A stretch of 64,000 nucleotides of DNA from Bacteroidota bacterium (GCA_018828585.1 JAHJVW010000080.1:10931-74930), one strand, 5' to 3'; shown: positions 39,216 through 50,312, numbered from the stretch's first letter. The notes: a model not told the origin generated them from the letters alone. Made by a program: numbers and translations.

Positions 39216-39724
39216 TAATCCTTCTTTGTTGTACTTAATAATTTTTGAATCTTCTTTTTCACTTTTGCCGAGTTTGGCTTAGTGAAAGGGAAAAAATAAT
39301 CAATCACTTCGCCTTTGCTATTTACCAAGTATTTGTGGAAATTCCATCGTGGAGCAGCACCTACATGGCCATTTTGCTTTTTATCCGCCAAAAATTTAAA
39401 AAGTGGAGAAGCATAAGAGCCCCTTACCCTTGTCTTTTTAAAAATGGTAAAACGGGTGTGATAATTCATCGCACAAAATTTACCTATGGCTTCATCATTT
39501 AAAGGTTCTTGTTGTCCAAAATCATTACTTGGGAACGCCAAAATCTCAAATTTTTGATTTTCAAATTCTTTTCTAAGCTCTTCTAAATCTTGTAATTGCG
39601 GCGTGAATCCACACTCTGAAGCAGTATTAACAATCATTAAAACTTTACCTTCATATTGCTGGAGGTTTATTTCCTCGCCTTTAGAATTCTCTACCTTAAA
39701 TTGGTAAATTGTATTTTCGGTCAT
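39215..39724 (-). CDS. Glutathione peroxidase family protein (Cys-type)
   Basis: VNTASECGFTPQ (TGT Cys), LAFPSNDFGQQEP, FCAMNY, WNFHKYLV. Confidence 0.92.
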   Translation of the reverse strand: MTENTIYQFKVENSKGEEINLQQYEGKVLMIVNTASECGFTPQLQDLEELRKEFENQKFEILAFPSNDFGQQEPLNDEAIGKFCAMNYHTRFTIFKKTRVRGSYASPLFKFLADKKQNGHVGAAPRWNFHKYLVNSKGEVIDYFFPFTKPNSAKVKKKIQKLLSTTKKD

Positions 39725-39730
39725 TTTAAA

Positions 39731-40339
39731 TTATTGGTAACTATAGTATCCTGCGGATCTCACTATGTTTTCTATATCTCTATCTTCATCAGGATCATAT
39801 TTGTTTTTCAAATCATGCCCGAAAATTCTGGCTATTGATTGAAAAACAAATGCTGAAACATTTCCTTTCATGTCCTGCACTAATTCGTAACTACTATTTC
39901 CTGTTTCTCTATCAATCAATTTGATTAAAACTTCACCCTGCGAAATGGATAAATCCTTGATCTTAGCATTGAATAAATCCTTTATTTCTTTTTCACAACC
40001 TTTCACTAATGCTTTTTGTTTTCTCTTATCTTGAGTTACAGCCAAATCTCTTTCTAATTGACGGTAACGCTGACCAGCGAAACGAGCATAGGGCAAAACC
40101 TTTAGAACATTATACCTTAATCTTCTATACTTATCAAAATCTTCTTTGGATTTAAAAGTCCTGGTAGAAATAATTGTTATTTCATTCAATACAATCCATG
40201 GCAAAATCTCACCATTCAAATTGGTGGTAGCAACTTTGATGGTATCATTCGTTCCCGCTTTCACATAACTTTGCTGAGCTTTTGACAAACTACTCATCAA
40301 CATTGCTGTTAAGAAAAGAAACAGAACTTTTGTCTTCAT
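39731..40339 (-). CDS. Bacteroidetes conserved secreted protein (DUF4294-like)
   Basis: Signal peptide; YNVLKVLPYA...G.VLIKLIDRETG..SY motif recalled for DUF4294. Confidence 0.65.
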   Translation of the reverse strand: MKTKVLFLFLTAMLMSSLSKAQQSYVKAGTNDTIKVATTNLNGEILPWIVLNEITIISTRTFKSKEDFDKYRRLRYNVLKVLPYARFAGQRYRQLERDLAVTQDKRKQKALVKGCEKEIKDLFNAKIKDLSISQGEVLIKLIDRETGNSSYELVQDMKGNVSAFVFQSIARIFGHDLKNKYDPDEDRDIENIVRSAGYYSYQ

Positions 40340-40350
40340 AATTTAAGATA

Positions 40351-40358
40351 CAAATTTA
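40351..40358 (-). promoter_or_regulatory. -7 promoter element for DUF4294-gpx-bshB1
   Basis: TAAATTTG 11 nt upstream of the ATG. Confidence 0.5.
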
Positions 40359-40441
40359 TAGCTATTAATTGACAAAAAAAGCAATAAGTAACCCTAAATT
40401 CGCTATTTAAAATGCTTTATTTGTAGGAGCGATATTTTTTA

Positions 40442-42673
40442 ATGAAAGATTACATCATAGATATAGAGGCTGAAAAGTCGGAAATCCTAAAAAGGTACAG
40501 AGCTTTGCTAAGAGCCTGTAAATCAACGCTTAAAAAAGGCGATAAAAGAATGATTAGGATGGCCTTCGACATGGCGGTTGAAAGCCATAAGGATATGCGT
40601 CGAAAGTCGGGAGAACCCTACATTTATCATCCTATTGCTGTTTCGCAAATAGCAGCAGAAGAAATTGGCTTAGGAACAACTTCTATTGTTTGTGCACTCT
40701 TGCATGATGTTGTGGAAGATACTGATATCACTTTAGAAGATATTGAAAGGGAGTTTGGTAAAAAAGTTGCTAAAATTATTGACGGCCTAACTAAAATTTC
40801 TGGAGTTTTTGATGCAAATAGCTCTATGCAGGCAGAGAATTTCAGAAAAATGTTGTTGACTCTTGCAGATGATGTAAGGGTAATTCTCATCAAATTAGCA
40901 GACAGGTTGCATAATATGCGTACGATGGATTTTATGCCTCGCGACAAGCAATTAAAAATCTGTTCAGAGACCGTTTACTTATATGCTCCCTTAGCTCATC
41001 GTTTAGGTTTATATTCTATAAAATCCGAACTAGAAGATCTTTCCATGAAATACATGGAGCCCGAAACTTATAAATTCATCGCTACTAAACTTAACGAGAA
41101 AAAAGCTGAAAGAGCACATTTTATCAATGAGTTTATTGGTCCAATTGATCGGATTTTAAAGGAACAGGATCTAAATGCCAGTGTATTAGGTCGTCCAAAA
41201 TCAATCCACTCCATCTGGACAAAGATGAAAAAGAAGGGAATTCCTTTTGAAGAAGTTTATGATCTTTTTGCTATCCGAATTATTTTAGATAGCAAGCCAG
41301 AAAACGAAAAAGCTGACTCTTGGAAAGCTTATTCCATTGTAACTGATTTGTATCGCCCTAATCCAGATCGTTTAAGAGATTGGATTTCATCGCCCAAAGC
41401 CAATGGTTATGAATCTTTACACACCACGGTGATGGGCCCAAAAGGGCAATGGGTAGAAGTGCAAATCAGAACTCAACGAATGAATGAAATTGCAGAGAAA
41501 GGCTTTGCCGCACATTGGAAATATAAAGAATCATCCAGCGACAGTGGTTTAGACCAATGGGTACAAAAAGTGCGTGAATTGTTAAGTAATCCCGAGGCAA
41601 ATGCTTTGGATTTTCTGGATGATTTCAAGATGAATTTATTTTCTGATGAGATTTTCATTTTTACCCCAAAAGGGGATTTAATTCAATTACCAATCGAGGC
41701 AACTGCCTTGGATTTTGCTTTCGAGATCCACTCTGATGTAGGCGCCAAATGTATTGGAGCTAAAGTAAACCATAAACTGGTTCCATTATCTTATAAATTA
41801 CAAAATGGTGATCAGGTAGAGGTAATTACTTCGAACAAACAAATCCCAAAAGAAGATTGGTTAAACTATGTAGTTACGGCAAAGGCTAAAGCCAAGATTA
41901 AATCATCACTAAAAGAAGAAAAAAGAAAAATTGCAGAAGATGGAAAAGAGATTTTAGAACGAAAGCTGAAATCCTTAAAGATCACTTACAACTCTGATAA
42001 TATTTATAAGCTGAGTTATTTCTTCAAATTACTATCTACCCAGGATTTGTTTTATAACGTAGCAAAAGGATTAATTGACCTTAAAGATTTAAAAGAATTC
42101 GCTACATCAGAAAGAATAGTCGAACAAAAACCTCCGCAGCAAGATGAAGGCGAGAAAATTAATAGCCTCATTAAACAAGTCAAAACCAAGGATAGTGATA
42201 TTCTTTTAATTGGGGAGGATTTACAAAAGATAGACTATAAACTGTCCAATTGTTGTAATCCAATACCTGGAGATGACGTTTTTGGATTCGTAACTGTTTC
42301 TGATGGTATAAAAATCCATCGTACCAACTGCCCAAATGCGACAAAATTGATGTCGAGTTTTGGTTATCGCATAGTAAAAGCAAAATGGACGAGTCAAAAG
42401 CAACTGGCATTTTTAACAGGACTAAAAATTACAGGAATTGATGAAGTTGGCTTGATCAATAACCTAACTCAGGTCATCTCAACTGACTTTAAAGTGAATA
42501 TGCGCTCCATCACGGTGGATACAGAAGATGGTATATTTAAGGGTACCATTATGATTTATGTGAACGACACGCAACATTTAGATAACCTCATTAAAAAAAT
42601 AAAGGAGGTAAAAGGAATAACGGATGTTTCGCGTTTTGATTCTGAGACAGAAACGCCAATTCTAAAAAGCTAA
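40442..42673 (+). CDS. rel: Long RelA/SpoT homologue, bifunctional (p)ppGpp synthetase/hydrolase
   Basis: Intact HD motif (LLHDVVEDT), YESLHT, EVQIRT, TGS and C-terminal ACT domains. Confidence 0.95.
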   Translation: MKDYIIDIEAEKSEILKRYRALLRACKSTLKKGDKRMIRMAFDMAVESHKDMRRKSGEPYIYHPIAVSQIAAEEIGLGTTSIVCALLHDVVEDTDITLEDIEREFGKKVAKIIDGLTKISGVFDANSSMQAENFRKMLLTLADDVRVILIKLADRLHNMRTMDFMPRDKQLKICSETVYLYAPLAHRLGLYSIKSELEDLSMKYMEPETYKFIATKLNEKKAERAHFINEFIGPIDRILKEQDLNASVLGRPKSIHSIWTKMKKKGIPFEEVYDLFAIRIILDSKPENEKADSWKAYSIVTDLYRPNPDRLRDWISSPKANGYESLHTTVMGPKGQWVEVQIRTQRMNEIAEKGFAAHWKYKESSSDSGLDQWVQKVRELLSNPEANALDFLDDFKMNLFSDEIFIFTPKGDLIQLPIEATALDFAFEIHSDVGAKCIGAKVNHKLVPLSYKLQNGDQVEVITSNKQIPKEDWLNYVVTAKAKAKIKSSLKEEKRKIAEDGKEILERKLKSLKITYNSDNIYKLSYFFKLLSTQDLFYNVAKGLIDLKDLKEFATSERIVEQKPPQQDEGEKINSLIKQVKTKDSDILLIGEDLQKIDYKLSNCCNPIPGDDVFGFVTVSDGIKIHRTNCPNATKLMSSFGYRIVKAKWTSQKQLAFLTGLKITGIDEVGLINNLTQVISTDFKVNMRSITVDTEDGIFKGTIMIYVNDTQHLDNLIKKIKEVKGITDVSRFDSETETPILKS

Positions 42674-42702
42674 AAAGGCTTACGCTAATCGTAAAATTTT
42701 AA

Positions 42703-42710
42703 TAACTTTG
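42703..42710 (+). promoter_or_regulatory. -7 promoter element for fur
   Basis: TAACTTTG 16 nt upstream of the ATG. Confidence 0.5.
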
Positions 42711-42726
42711 ACTTTTAATAATCACT

Positions 42727-43203
42727 ATGGCTGTACAAGAAACCATTGAGATGGTCAAAAAGATTTTCGAGACTTATCTTGAAAATAAAAACCTGAGAAA
42801 AACTCCTGAACGCTTTGCCATACTCGAAGAAATTTACTCTAGAACCGATCATTTTGATGTAGAATCACTCTACATCCATATGAAAAATAAAAAATATAGG
42901 GTGAGTAGAGCGACTGTTTATAACACCTTAGAGCTTTTACTTTCTTGCGATTTAGTGACCAAACATCAGTTTGGTAAAAATATGGCTCAGTTTGAAAAGT
43001 CTTATGGATATAAGCAACATGATCATATCATTTGTTTGGATTGTGGTAAAGTAGTAGAGTTTTGTGATCCTCGGGTTCATCAAATTCAATCTATGATGGG
43101 TGATTTGTTAAAATTCAATATCCAACATCATTCCTTAAATCTTTACGGAAATTGTACTCGTTTACAAGCGGGATATTGCGAATCTCATGAACATAAAAAT
43201 TAA
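42727..43203 (+). CDS. fur: Fur family transcriptional regulator
   Basis: [34 protein letters not shown]-terminal C..L..C. Confidence 0.88.
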   Translation: MAVQETIEMVKKIFETYLENKNLRKTPERFAILEEIYSRTDHFDVESLYIHMKNKKYRVSRATVYNTLELLLSCDLVTKHQFGKNMAQFEKSYGYKQHDHIICLDCGKVVEFCDPRVHQIQSMMGDLLKFNIQHHSLNLYGNCTRLQAGYCESHEHKN

Positions 43204-43233
43204 TTAATCTTATAACAATCTGACCAATAATAA

Positions 43234-44508
<1,275 letters not shown>

Positions 44509-44518
44509 GAAATATATA

Positions 44519-44568
44519 AACCATAAAAAAAACAGCAATCTCAAAAAGATTGCTGTTTTTTTATGGTT
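44519..44568. terminator. Bidirectional terminator between purA and the M28 peptidase gene
   Basis: AACCATAAAAAAAACAGCAATCT / AGATTGCTGTTTTTTTATGGTT, about 22-bp stem. Confidence 0.85.
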
Positions 44569-44627
44569 ATGACTTATTAGTTAATGCCAAATTCAATTTT
44601 AAAATAACAGCGGTTTATTTTGATTTA

Positions 44628-46847
44628 TTACTTCGCAGCTGCCATTAGATAATCGGCCAACTTATTGATCGCTGTTGACAAAGTACCTATTTGTGCTTGC
44701 GCCTCCTTATAATTTCTTTGTTCAATTGCTTCTCGAACTCCTGGTAAAGTTTTCACACCATAGCCAGTATAAAATCCAGGAGCATAAATAGCGTGAACAT
44801 ACCAAGGTCTACGTGGCAAACCTTCGGGCATTAACAACTGTTGCTCTGCTTGATATAGTTTCTTATTAAAATTATTTGCGTCTTCTTTACTTTGCGCTAG
44901 TTTTGTCCATTTAATAGCCAATGAATCGCTACTCATTTCTAAGGCATGCAACGCATTTTGTAAAAGTGAAAAATCCAGATACGGAACTTCAGCTTTTGCA
45001 TCTGGAACAATAAATGTTTTTGTTGGGTCTTCTGCTAATTTATATTGACCTGTTTTAATCAATCGATTTTCTACCTCAGTGCTTTCCCGCATCTGGTCCA
45101 TATTCGTCATCACTTCTGTTGCATAAGTATTAATGTTTTTATACAGATTCCTAAAATCAAACGGTAAAACATCAGATTCTGATAAACGAAGCACCACTCT
45201 TCCTGCGGTTTGGGCTAATGCTAAACCATATTCAAATTTCGGATCTTTAAATCTTCTATAATCATCAAAAGAGTCATAAATAGAATGATATTCACCTCCA
45301 TCATCCTCACCACTAAAACCAATATTTAGAGACGGCACACCTAAATGTTGTAAAAAGCTAGAATAGTCAGACCCTGAACCTAGCGCACTTAATTTCAAAC
45401 TCTTTGTGTCTAATGCTTCCTGTTTCTGTTTACTGCTTTTCGCAGCTATTGCTCTCGCCGCATTTCTGCGTTCAAAAACGCTGACATTAGTTTGTGGATC
45501 AATCACAGTCTTTGAAATTTCGTCCATTAAAGGCTCTAACGCTTGGGAACCTCCGGCTTCTAAAAATCCGCGTCCGTTACCATCAGAATTAATATAAGCT
45601 ACTGCTTTCTGCTGTAATTCTTTTGCATGGTCTTCTACCCATTCTGTAGAGCCTATCAATCCAGGTTCTTCCCCATCCCAAGCACAATAAACGATGGTTC
45701 TTTTAGGCTTCCAACCCATTTTTAATAGATCGCCAATCGCTTTAGCTTCATCCAACATCGCGGCTTGTCCACTAATAGGATCATTGGCCCCATTTACCCA
45801 AGCATCATGATGATTTCCTCTTAATACCCATTGGTCAGGATATACGGAGCCTTTAATTGTAGCAATTACATCATAGCAAGGAACTTGTTTCCAATCAAAC
45901 TCTAATTTCAAATGGACCTTAGTTTTACCAGGCCCTACATGATAAGTAAATGGCAATGCTCCAGCCCAACCAGAAGGCGCTACTGGTCCTTCCATAGCTT
46001 GCAGCAGTGGTTGTGCATCGTGATAACTGATAGGCATCACGGGTATTTTTAAGATGGTAGTTGCATCTTTCTTATCCAATCTTTTCGCTGATGCGGTTGA
46101 ACCAATATTTGGAGTAAGTGGATCACCTGGATGAATGACCATATCCATAACCGAGCCTCTTTGAGCACCATATTCATTTTTAAATGCTCCTTTCGGATAA
46201 ACATCTCCTTGAAAATAGCCATCATCCATCGGATCAGAATAAATCAGACAACCGATGGCGCCATGTTCATAAGCAACTTTTGGTTTTATACCACGCCATG
46301 AATGTCCGTATTTGGCAATCACAATTTTTCCTTTTACATCAATACCTAATTTAGCAAGTTCGTCATAATCTTCAGGCAAGCCATAATTTACAAAAACTAA
46401 CTCTGCTGTTACGTCTCCATCACCACTCCATGCATTATATATGGGTAATTGTCCTGCTTGTCCAGAAGTTGCATCTTCAGAAAGAGCGAATTCTTTCAGT
46501 AATAGCTTAATACCACTTGGAGATACCGCTTCTAAAACACGTGTTTTAGGGGTTGGGAAAAGAACCTGATAAGTTTCAATTTTAGTATCAAAACCATAGC
46601 TTGTAAATTTTTTCGCGATGGCTTCAGCAACTATTTTACTACCAGACGAGCCTAAACTATGTGGAATAGCAGAAAGTTCTTTAATAGTTTCTCCAATTCG
46701 GATAGCGCTCATTGATGCGTCAAACTTTTGCTCAGTCTGAATTTGCTTGTTCACATCTGGAGATCGGAAACCGATAATGGACTTTTGCTGAGAAAAACCA
46801 GATTGTACAAAGAACAACGTGGCTGCAAGAAGTAAATATTTTTTCAT
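44628..46847 (-). CDS. M28 family peptidase, glutamate carboxypeptidase II-like (PA and TfR-dimerisation domains)
   Basis: Start moved to MKKYLLL (signal peptide); GNHHDAW, GANDPISG, WDGEEPG, YHSIYD. Confidence 0.88.
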   Translation of the reverse strand: MKKYLLLAATLFFVQSGFSQQKSIIGFRSPDVNKQIQTEQKFDASMSAIRIGETIKELSAIPHSLGSSGSKIVAEAIAKKFTSYGFDTKIETYQVLFPTPKTRVLEAVSPSGIKLLLKEFALSEDATSGQAGQLPIYNAWSGDGDVTAELVFVNYGLPEDYDELAKLGIDVKGKIVIAKYGHSWRGIKPKVAYEHGAIGCLIYSDPMDDGYFQGDVYPKGAFKNEYGAQRGSVMDMVIHPGDPLTPNIGSTASAKRLDKKDATTILKIPVMPISYHDAQPLLQAMEGPVAPSGWAGALPFTYHVGPGKTKVHLKLEFDWKQVPCYDVIATIKGSVYPDQWVLRGNHHDAWVNGANDPISGQAAMLDEAKAIGDLLKMGWKPKRTIVYCAWDGEEPGLIGSTEWVEDHAKELQQKAVAYINSDGNGRGFLEAGGSQALEPLMDEISKTVIDPQTNVSVFERRNAARAIAAKSSKQKQEALDTKSLKLSALGSGSDYSSFLQHLGVPSLNIGFSGEDDGGEYHSIYDSFDDYRRFKDPKFEYGLALAQTAGRVVLRLSESDVLPFDFRNLYKNINTYATEVMTNMDQMRESTEVENRLIKTGQYKLAEDPTKTFIVPDAKAEVPYLDFSLLQNALHALEMSSDSLAIKWTKLAQSKEDANNFNKKLYQAEQQLLMPEGLPRRPWYVHAIYAPGFYTGYGVKTLPGVREAIEQRNYKEAQAQIGTLSTAINKLADYLMAAAK

Positions 46848-47031
46848 CGTTTGGGATTGGAAATTCAAGATACAAATCTTTATTTATCTCGCCTATATTT
46901 GCCTGCTAGTATTTGTAAATTATTTATAGCGAAAGTCCTAACAGTTTTAACTTTTAAAATTAACTCTTAGTGGGTTTTAATTATAATTTAACTTAAAAAC
47001 CCAAGCCTTATTAAAGCGATTTTTTAAACAC

Positions 47032-47066
47032 AAAAAAACCCTTGAGAATATCTCAAGGGTTTTTTT
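47032..47066. terminator. Terminator of the ferredoxin gene; symmetric, so possibly bidirectional
   Basis: AAAAAAACCCTTGAGA / TCTCAAGGGTTTTTTT. Confidence 0.85.
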
Positions 47067-47083
47067 AATTATATCATTAAAAC

Positions 47084-47437
47084 TTATCCTTCTTGGTGTA
47101 ACCAAGCTTTTTTAGCTAATAATTCTTCTTCTGTTTCTCTTACATCTTCATCATCTACGCAACAATCTACTGGGCAAACCGCTGCACATTGTGGTTCGTC
47201 ATGAAAGCCTTTGCATTCAGTACACTTATCAGAAACGATATAATAAACTTCATCAGAAATAGCAGATTGCGCCTCATCAGCATCAAGTGTCTCGCCTTCA
47301 CCAAAATCTATCACTCCCTTTAAATTTGTGCCTTCAGAAAATTTCCAAGCCTGCCCCGCGTCATATATTGCATTATTTGGGCATTCTGGCTCACAAGCTC
47401 CGCAGTTAATGCACTCATCTGTAATTTTAATTGCCAT
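47084..47437 (-). CDS. 4Fe-4S dicluster ferredoxin (YfhL-like)
   Basis: CINCGACEPECP and CTECKGFHDEPQCAAVCP. Confidence 0.92.
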   Translation of the reverse strand: MAIKITDECINCGACEPECPNNAIYDAGQAWKFSEGTNLKGVIDFGEGETLDADEAQSAISDEVYYIVSDKCTECKGFHDEPQCAAVCPVDCCVDDEDVRETEEELLAKKAWLHQEG

Positions 47438-47492
47438 ATCTTATATGTTCTTACGTATGATAACGTATTTTTGTGCTTTTTGATTTAAGCTG

Positions 47493-47500
47493 CAAATATA
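47493..47500 (-). promoter_or_regulatory. -7 promoter element for the ferredoxin gene
   Basis: TATATTTG(C) about 55 nt upstream of the ATG. Confidence 0.5.
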
Positions 47501-47529
47501 ATATAATTTAGGTATTCGAATTTGATACA

Positions 47530-48555
47530 ATGTCAGAATTTTATAAAGAAAGAAAAGTTGAAGGATTAAAGCGTTTAGGGGATTTTTTATTAGAACCTGA
47601 TGATGATTTTAAAGACATTTTGTCCTTTGCTAAACATAAAAATGGTTGGTTTACCCTTGAAGAAGTGAGTAAAGCAGTAGCCGCTAACGGTAAAATGTTA
47701 AACATTGCAGATTTAGAAACTTGGTTAGCTGGCTATAAAATTGAAAGTCATGAACCTAAAAAAATTGGTTTGATACTCGCTGGAAATCTACCTTTAGTAG
47801 GTTTTCACGATATCATTTCAGTTTTGATGAGTGGAAACATCGCATTAATTAAGCTTTCTTCTCAGGATGATATTTTGATCCCCGCTATTCTTAAAAAGTT
47901 AATAGCCATTGAACCCGAGTTTGAAAATCAGATTCAATATGTAGAAAGATTAGAAAATTTTGATGCTGTTATTGCTACTGGCAGCAACAACTCTTCCCGT
48001 TATTTTGATTATTATTTTTCAAAAGTTCCTAATATTATCCGCAAAAACAGGAATAGTGTGGCTGTTTTAAGCGGAGAAGAATCTAGCGAGGAATTAAAAA
48101 GGCTAGGATCAGATATTTTCGACTATTATGGATTAGGTTGTAGAAATATTTCTAAAATGTTTGTGCCCAAAGGATATGTTTTCAATCATTTTTTCGAATC
48201 TATAGAGGAGTTCAGTCCAATCCTTAATCATCATAAGTACCAAAACAACTACGATTATAACAAATCTATTTACTTGGTAAACCGAGTAGAGCATCTAGAC
48301 AATGGCTTTTTGCTAATTGCACCTAGTGAAAATTTGAGCTCTCCCCTTTCTGTGGTTTATCAGGAAGCATATGATGATTTAGAAAGTTTAAAAGAAAAAA
48401 TCAATACTCAAGCTGATCAAATACAGGTAGTGAGCACCCAGATGGACTTACATTTAAACACCCCAAGTGTGAAACTCGGCGACAGCCAAAACCCTAAATT
48501 ATGGGATTATGCTGATAGTGTAGATACTATGGAGTTTTTAATTGGTTTAAGCTGA
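47530..48555 (+). CDS. Acyl-CoA reductase (LuxC-like)
   Basis: LAGNLPLVGFHD, KLSSQD, IATGSNNS, YYGLGCRNISK with catalytic Cys. Confidence 0.82.
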   Translation: MSEFYKERKVEGLKRLGDFLLEPDDDFKDILSFAKHKNGWFTLEEVSKAVAANGKMLNIADLETWLAGYKIESHEPKKIGLILAGNLPLVGFHDIISVLMSGNIALIKLSSQDDILIPAILKKLIAIEPEFENQIQYVERLENFDAVIATGSNNSSRYFDYYFSKVPNIIRKNRNSVAVLSGEESSEELKRLGSDIFDYYGLGCRNISKMFVPKGYVFNHFFESIEEFSPILNHHKYQNNYDYNKSIYLVNRVEHLDNGFLLIAPSENLSSPLSVVYQEAYDDLESLKEKINTQADQIQVVSTQMDLHLNTPSVKLGDSQNPKLWDYADSVDTMEFLIGLS

Positions 48556-48591
48556 ATTTTAAATTTTAGGCAATAGCATCTTAAAAAACTT

Positions 48592-48599
48592 TACCTTTG
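48592..48599 (+). promoter_or_regulatory. -7 promoter element directly before the small protein/ftsE operon
   Basis: TACCTTTG 5 nt before the ATG. Confidence 0.55.
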
Positions 48600-48604
48600 A
48601 AATT

Positions 48605-48808
48605 ATGTATGTGATAAAAGTAAAAGGTGTAGCAAAAATCCCTGATTATGTTCAATTAAGGGATGAACATTTCACTCTTTTAGCTTACTTTAGGGTTGAT
48701 AGACCTGAAAAATCTTTAGAGAAAGTAGGTTTAGGCGAAAAAGCCAATTACATCATGAACATTGTGAAGGATTTACCTTTCGGACAAATCTTAAAATTAG
48801 ACATCTAA
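48605..48808 (+). CDS. Small Bacteroidetes protein of unknown function (67 aa)
   Basis: Plausible promoter; TAATG overlap with ftsE; MYVIKVKGVAKIPDYVQLRD N-terminus recalled as conserved in Bacteroidetes. Confidence 0.7.
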   Translation: MYVIKVKGVAKIPDYVQLRDEHFTLLAYFRVDRPEKSLEKVGLGEKANYIMNIVKDLPFGQILKLDI

Positions 48809-49488
48809 TGGTTGGAAATTCTGTTATAAAATTAAACAACGTTGATATTTTTCAGCAAAAACACTTGGTGCTCTCCAACGTAAATCTACATGTTGATAAA
48901 GGCGAATTTGTTTATCTAATTGGACAAACTGGTTCAGGGAAGAGCAGTCTTTTAAAAATTATTTACGGAGATTTACATGTACAAAGTGGCGATGGACATG
49001 CTGTTGGTTATGAACTGAAAAAGTTAAAAGAAAATGATGTGCCTTTTATGCGAAGAAAATTGGGAATCATTTTTCAAGATTTTCAGCTATTAACAGATAG
49101 AAGCATTGAACAAAATCTTGCTTTCGTTTTAAAAGCAACAGGGTGGAAAGATAAAAACCTAATTGATGAGCGCATCAAAGACGTTTTAGAAAAAGTAGGT
49201 TTACGTAGTAAAATGAAAAAAATGCCTCATGAAATCTCAGGAGGAGAGCAACAAAGAGTGGTAGTTGCCAGAGCTTTGCTAAATGACCCAGAATTGATTT
49301 TAGCTGATGAGCCCACTGGAAATTTAGATCCAGAAACTTCGGAAGAAATCATGATTTTATTACGTCAGATTAGTCAATCTGGAACAGCTGTTTTAATGGC
49401 AACACATGATTACCATATTATCAGAACTTTCCCTTCTCGAATTATCAAATGTGAAAACGGCAAAGTAATAGAAGACGCAACCGTTTAA
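48808..49488 (+). CDS. ftsE: Cell division ATP-binding protein FtsE
   Basis: [42 protein letters not shown]. Confidence 0.85.
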   Translation: MVGNSVIKLNNVDIFQQKHLVLSNVNLHVDKGEFVYLIGQTGSGKSSLLKIIYGDLHVQSGDGHAVGYELKKLKENDVPFMRRKLGIIFQDFQLLTDRSIEQNLAFVLKATGWKDKNLIDERIKDVLEKVGLRSKMKKMPHEISGGEQQRVVVARALLNDPELILADEPTGNLDPETSEEIMILLRQISQSGTAVLMATHDYHIIRTFPSRIIKCENGKVIEDATV

Positions 49489-49509
49489 AATACAGTCAAA
49501 ATTTCAAAA

Positions 49510-49563
49510 AGCAGTCAATTTGAAAGTTAAGCTTAACAGCTGACTGACAGGTTGACTGTTTTT
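49510..49563 (+). terminator. Probable terminator after ftsE
   Basis: AAGCAGTCAA / TTGACTGTTTTTT with a large loop. Confidence 0.5.
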
Positions 49564-49613
49564 ATTGAATGGCAGTATGTTTGGTAATTGCAAGTTGTTA
49601 TAATAATACACAG

Positions 49614-50210
49614 ATGTTCAAGAAAAAGAAAGTTTCAGTAACAGAAGATCAGAACAAAATGGCAGAAGAAAATAATATACAACCAGAAAATATTCAGGAA
49701 GAGGTAGAACAAGTGAACGAGGCTAGACAAAGCGAATTTGAAGAATCTACAGAAGAAATAAGTGAAGTAGATAAATTAAAAGCAGAAGTTGCTGGTTTAA
49801 ATGATAAATATGTTCGTTTATATGCTGAGTTTGATAATTTCAAACGTCGTACTACCAAAGAGCGAATAGAATTATTACAAACCGCAGGAAAAGACGTAAT
49901 TGTTTCTATGCTATCTGTTTTAGATGATTTTGAAAGAGCAGCAAAAGCTATGGAAAGCGCCACCGAAGTGAAACCTGTAAAAGAAGGTATCGAATTGGTT
50001 CATCATAAATTAAAATCACTTTTAAATCAAAAAGGTCTAAAAGAAATGGAGTCTAAAGGAAAACCTTTTGATCCAGAAATTCACGAAGCAATCACTAATA
50101 TTCCTGCTCCAACTGACAATTTAAAAGGAAAAGTGGTTGAAGAAGTTGAAAAAGGATATTTCTTAAACGATAAAGTAATCCGTTTTGCCAAAGTGGTAGT
50201 GGGCGCATAA
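49614..50210 (+). CDS. grpE: Nucleotide exchange factor GrpE
   Basis: RLYAEFDNFKRR, FDPEIHEAI, KGY.LND.VIRFAKVVV; start either 49614 or 49659. Confidence 0.95.
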   Translation: MFKKKKVSVTEDQNKMAEENNIQPENIQEEVEQVNEARQSEFEESTEEISEVDKLKAEVAGLNDKYVRLYAEFDNFKRRTTKERIELLQTAGKDVIVSMLSVLDDFERAAKAMESATEVKPVKEGIELVHHKLKSLLNQKGLKEMESKGKPFDPEIHEAITNIPAPTDNLKGKVVEEVEKGYFLNDKVIRFAKVVVGA

Positions 50211-50212
50211 AT

Positions 50213-50299
50213 TAATTTGAAAATTTGAAGATGAGTTGATTTGAAGATTAATTAATCAACCAACAAAAAGCATTTTCAAATTCTCAAATTTTCAAATTA
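50213..50299. repeat. Octamer-period inverted repeat (AATTTGAA units) in the grpE-dnaJ spacer
   Basis: AATTTGAAAATTTGAAGATGAG...ATTTTCAAATTCTCAAATTTTCAAATT. Confidence 0.75.
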
Positions 50300-50312
50300 A
50301 AGAATTGAATAC

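Noticed and set aside
39595-39625. Selenocysteine in the Gpx active site
   Set aside because: The codon is TGT (Cys); there is no in-frame TGA.
48605-48808. Enzyme annotation for the 67-aa protein (recalled database label 'fructose-6-phosphate aldolase')
   Set aside because: Far too short for a transaldolase TIM barrel, and it has no such motifs.
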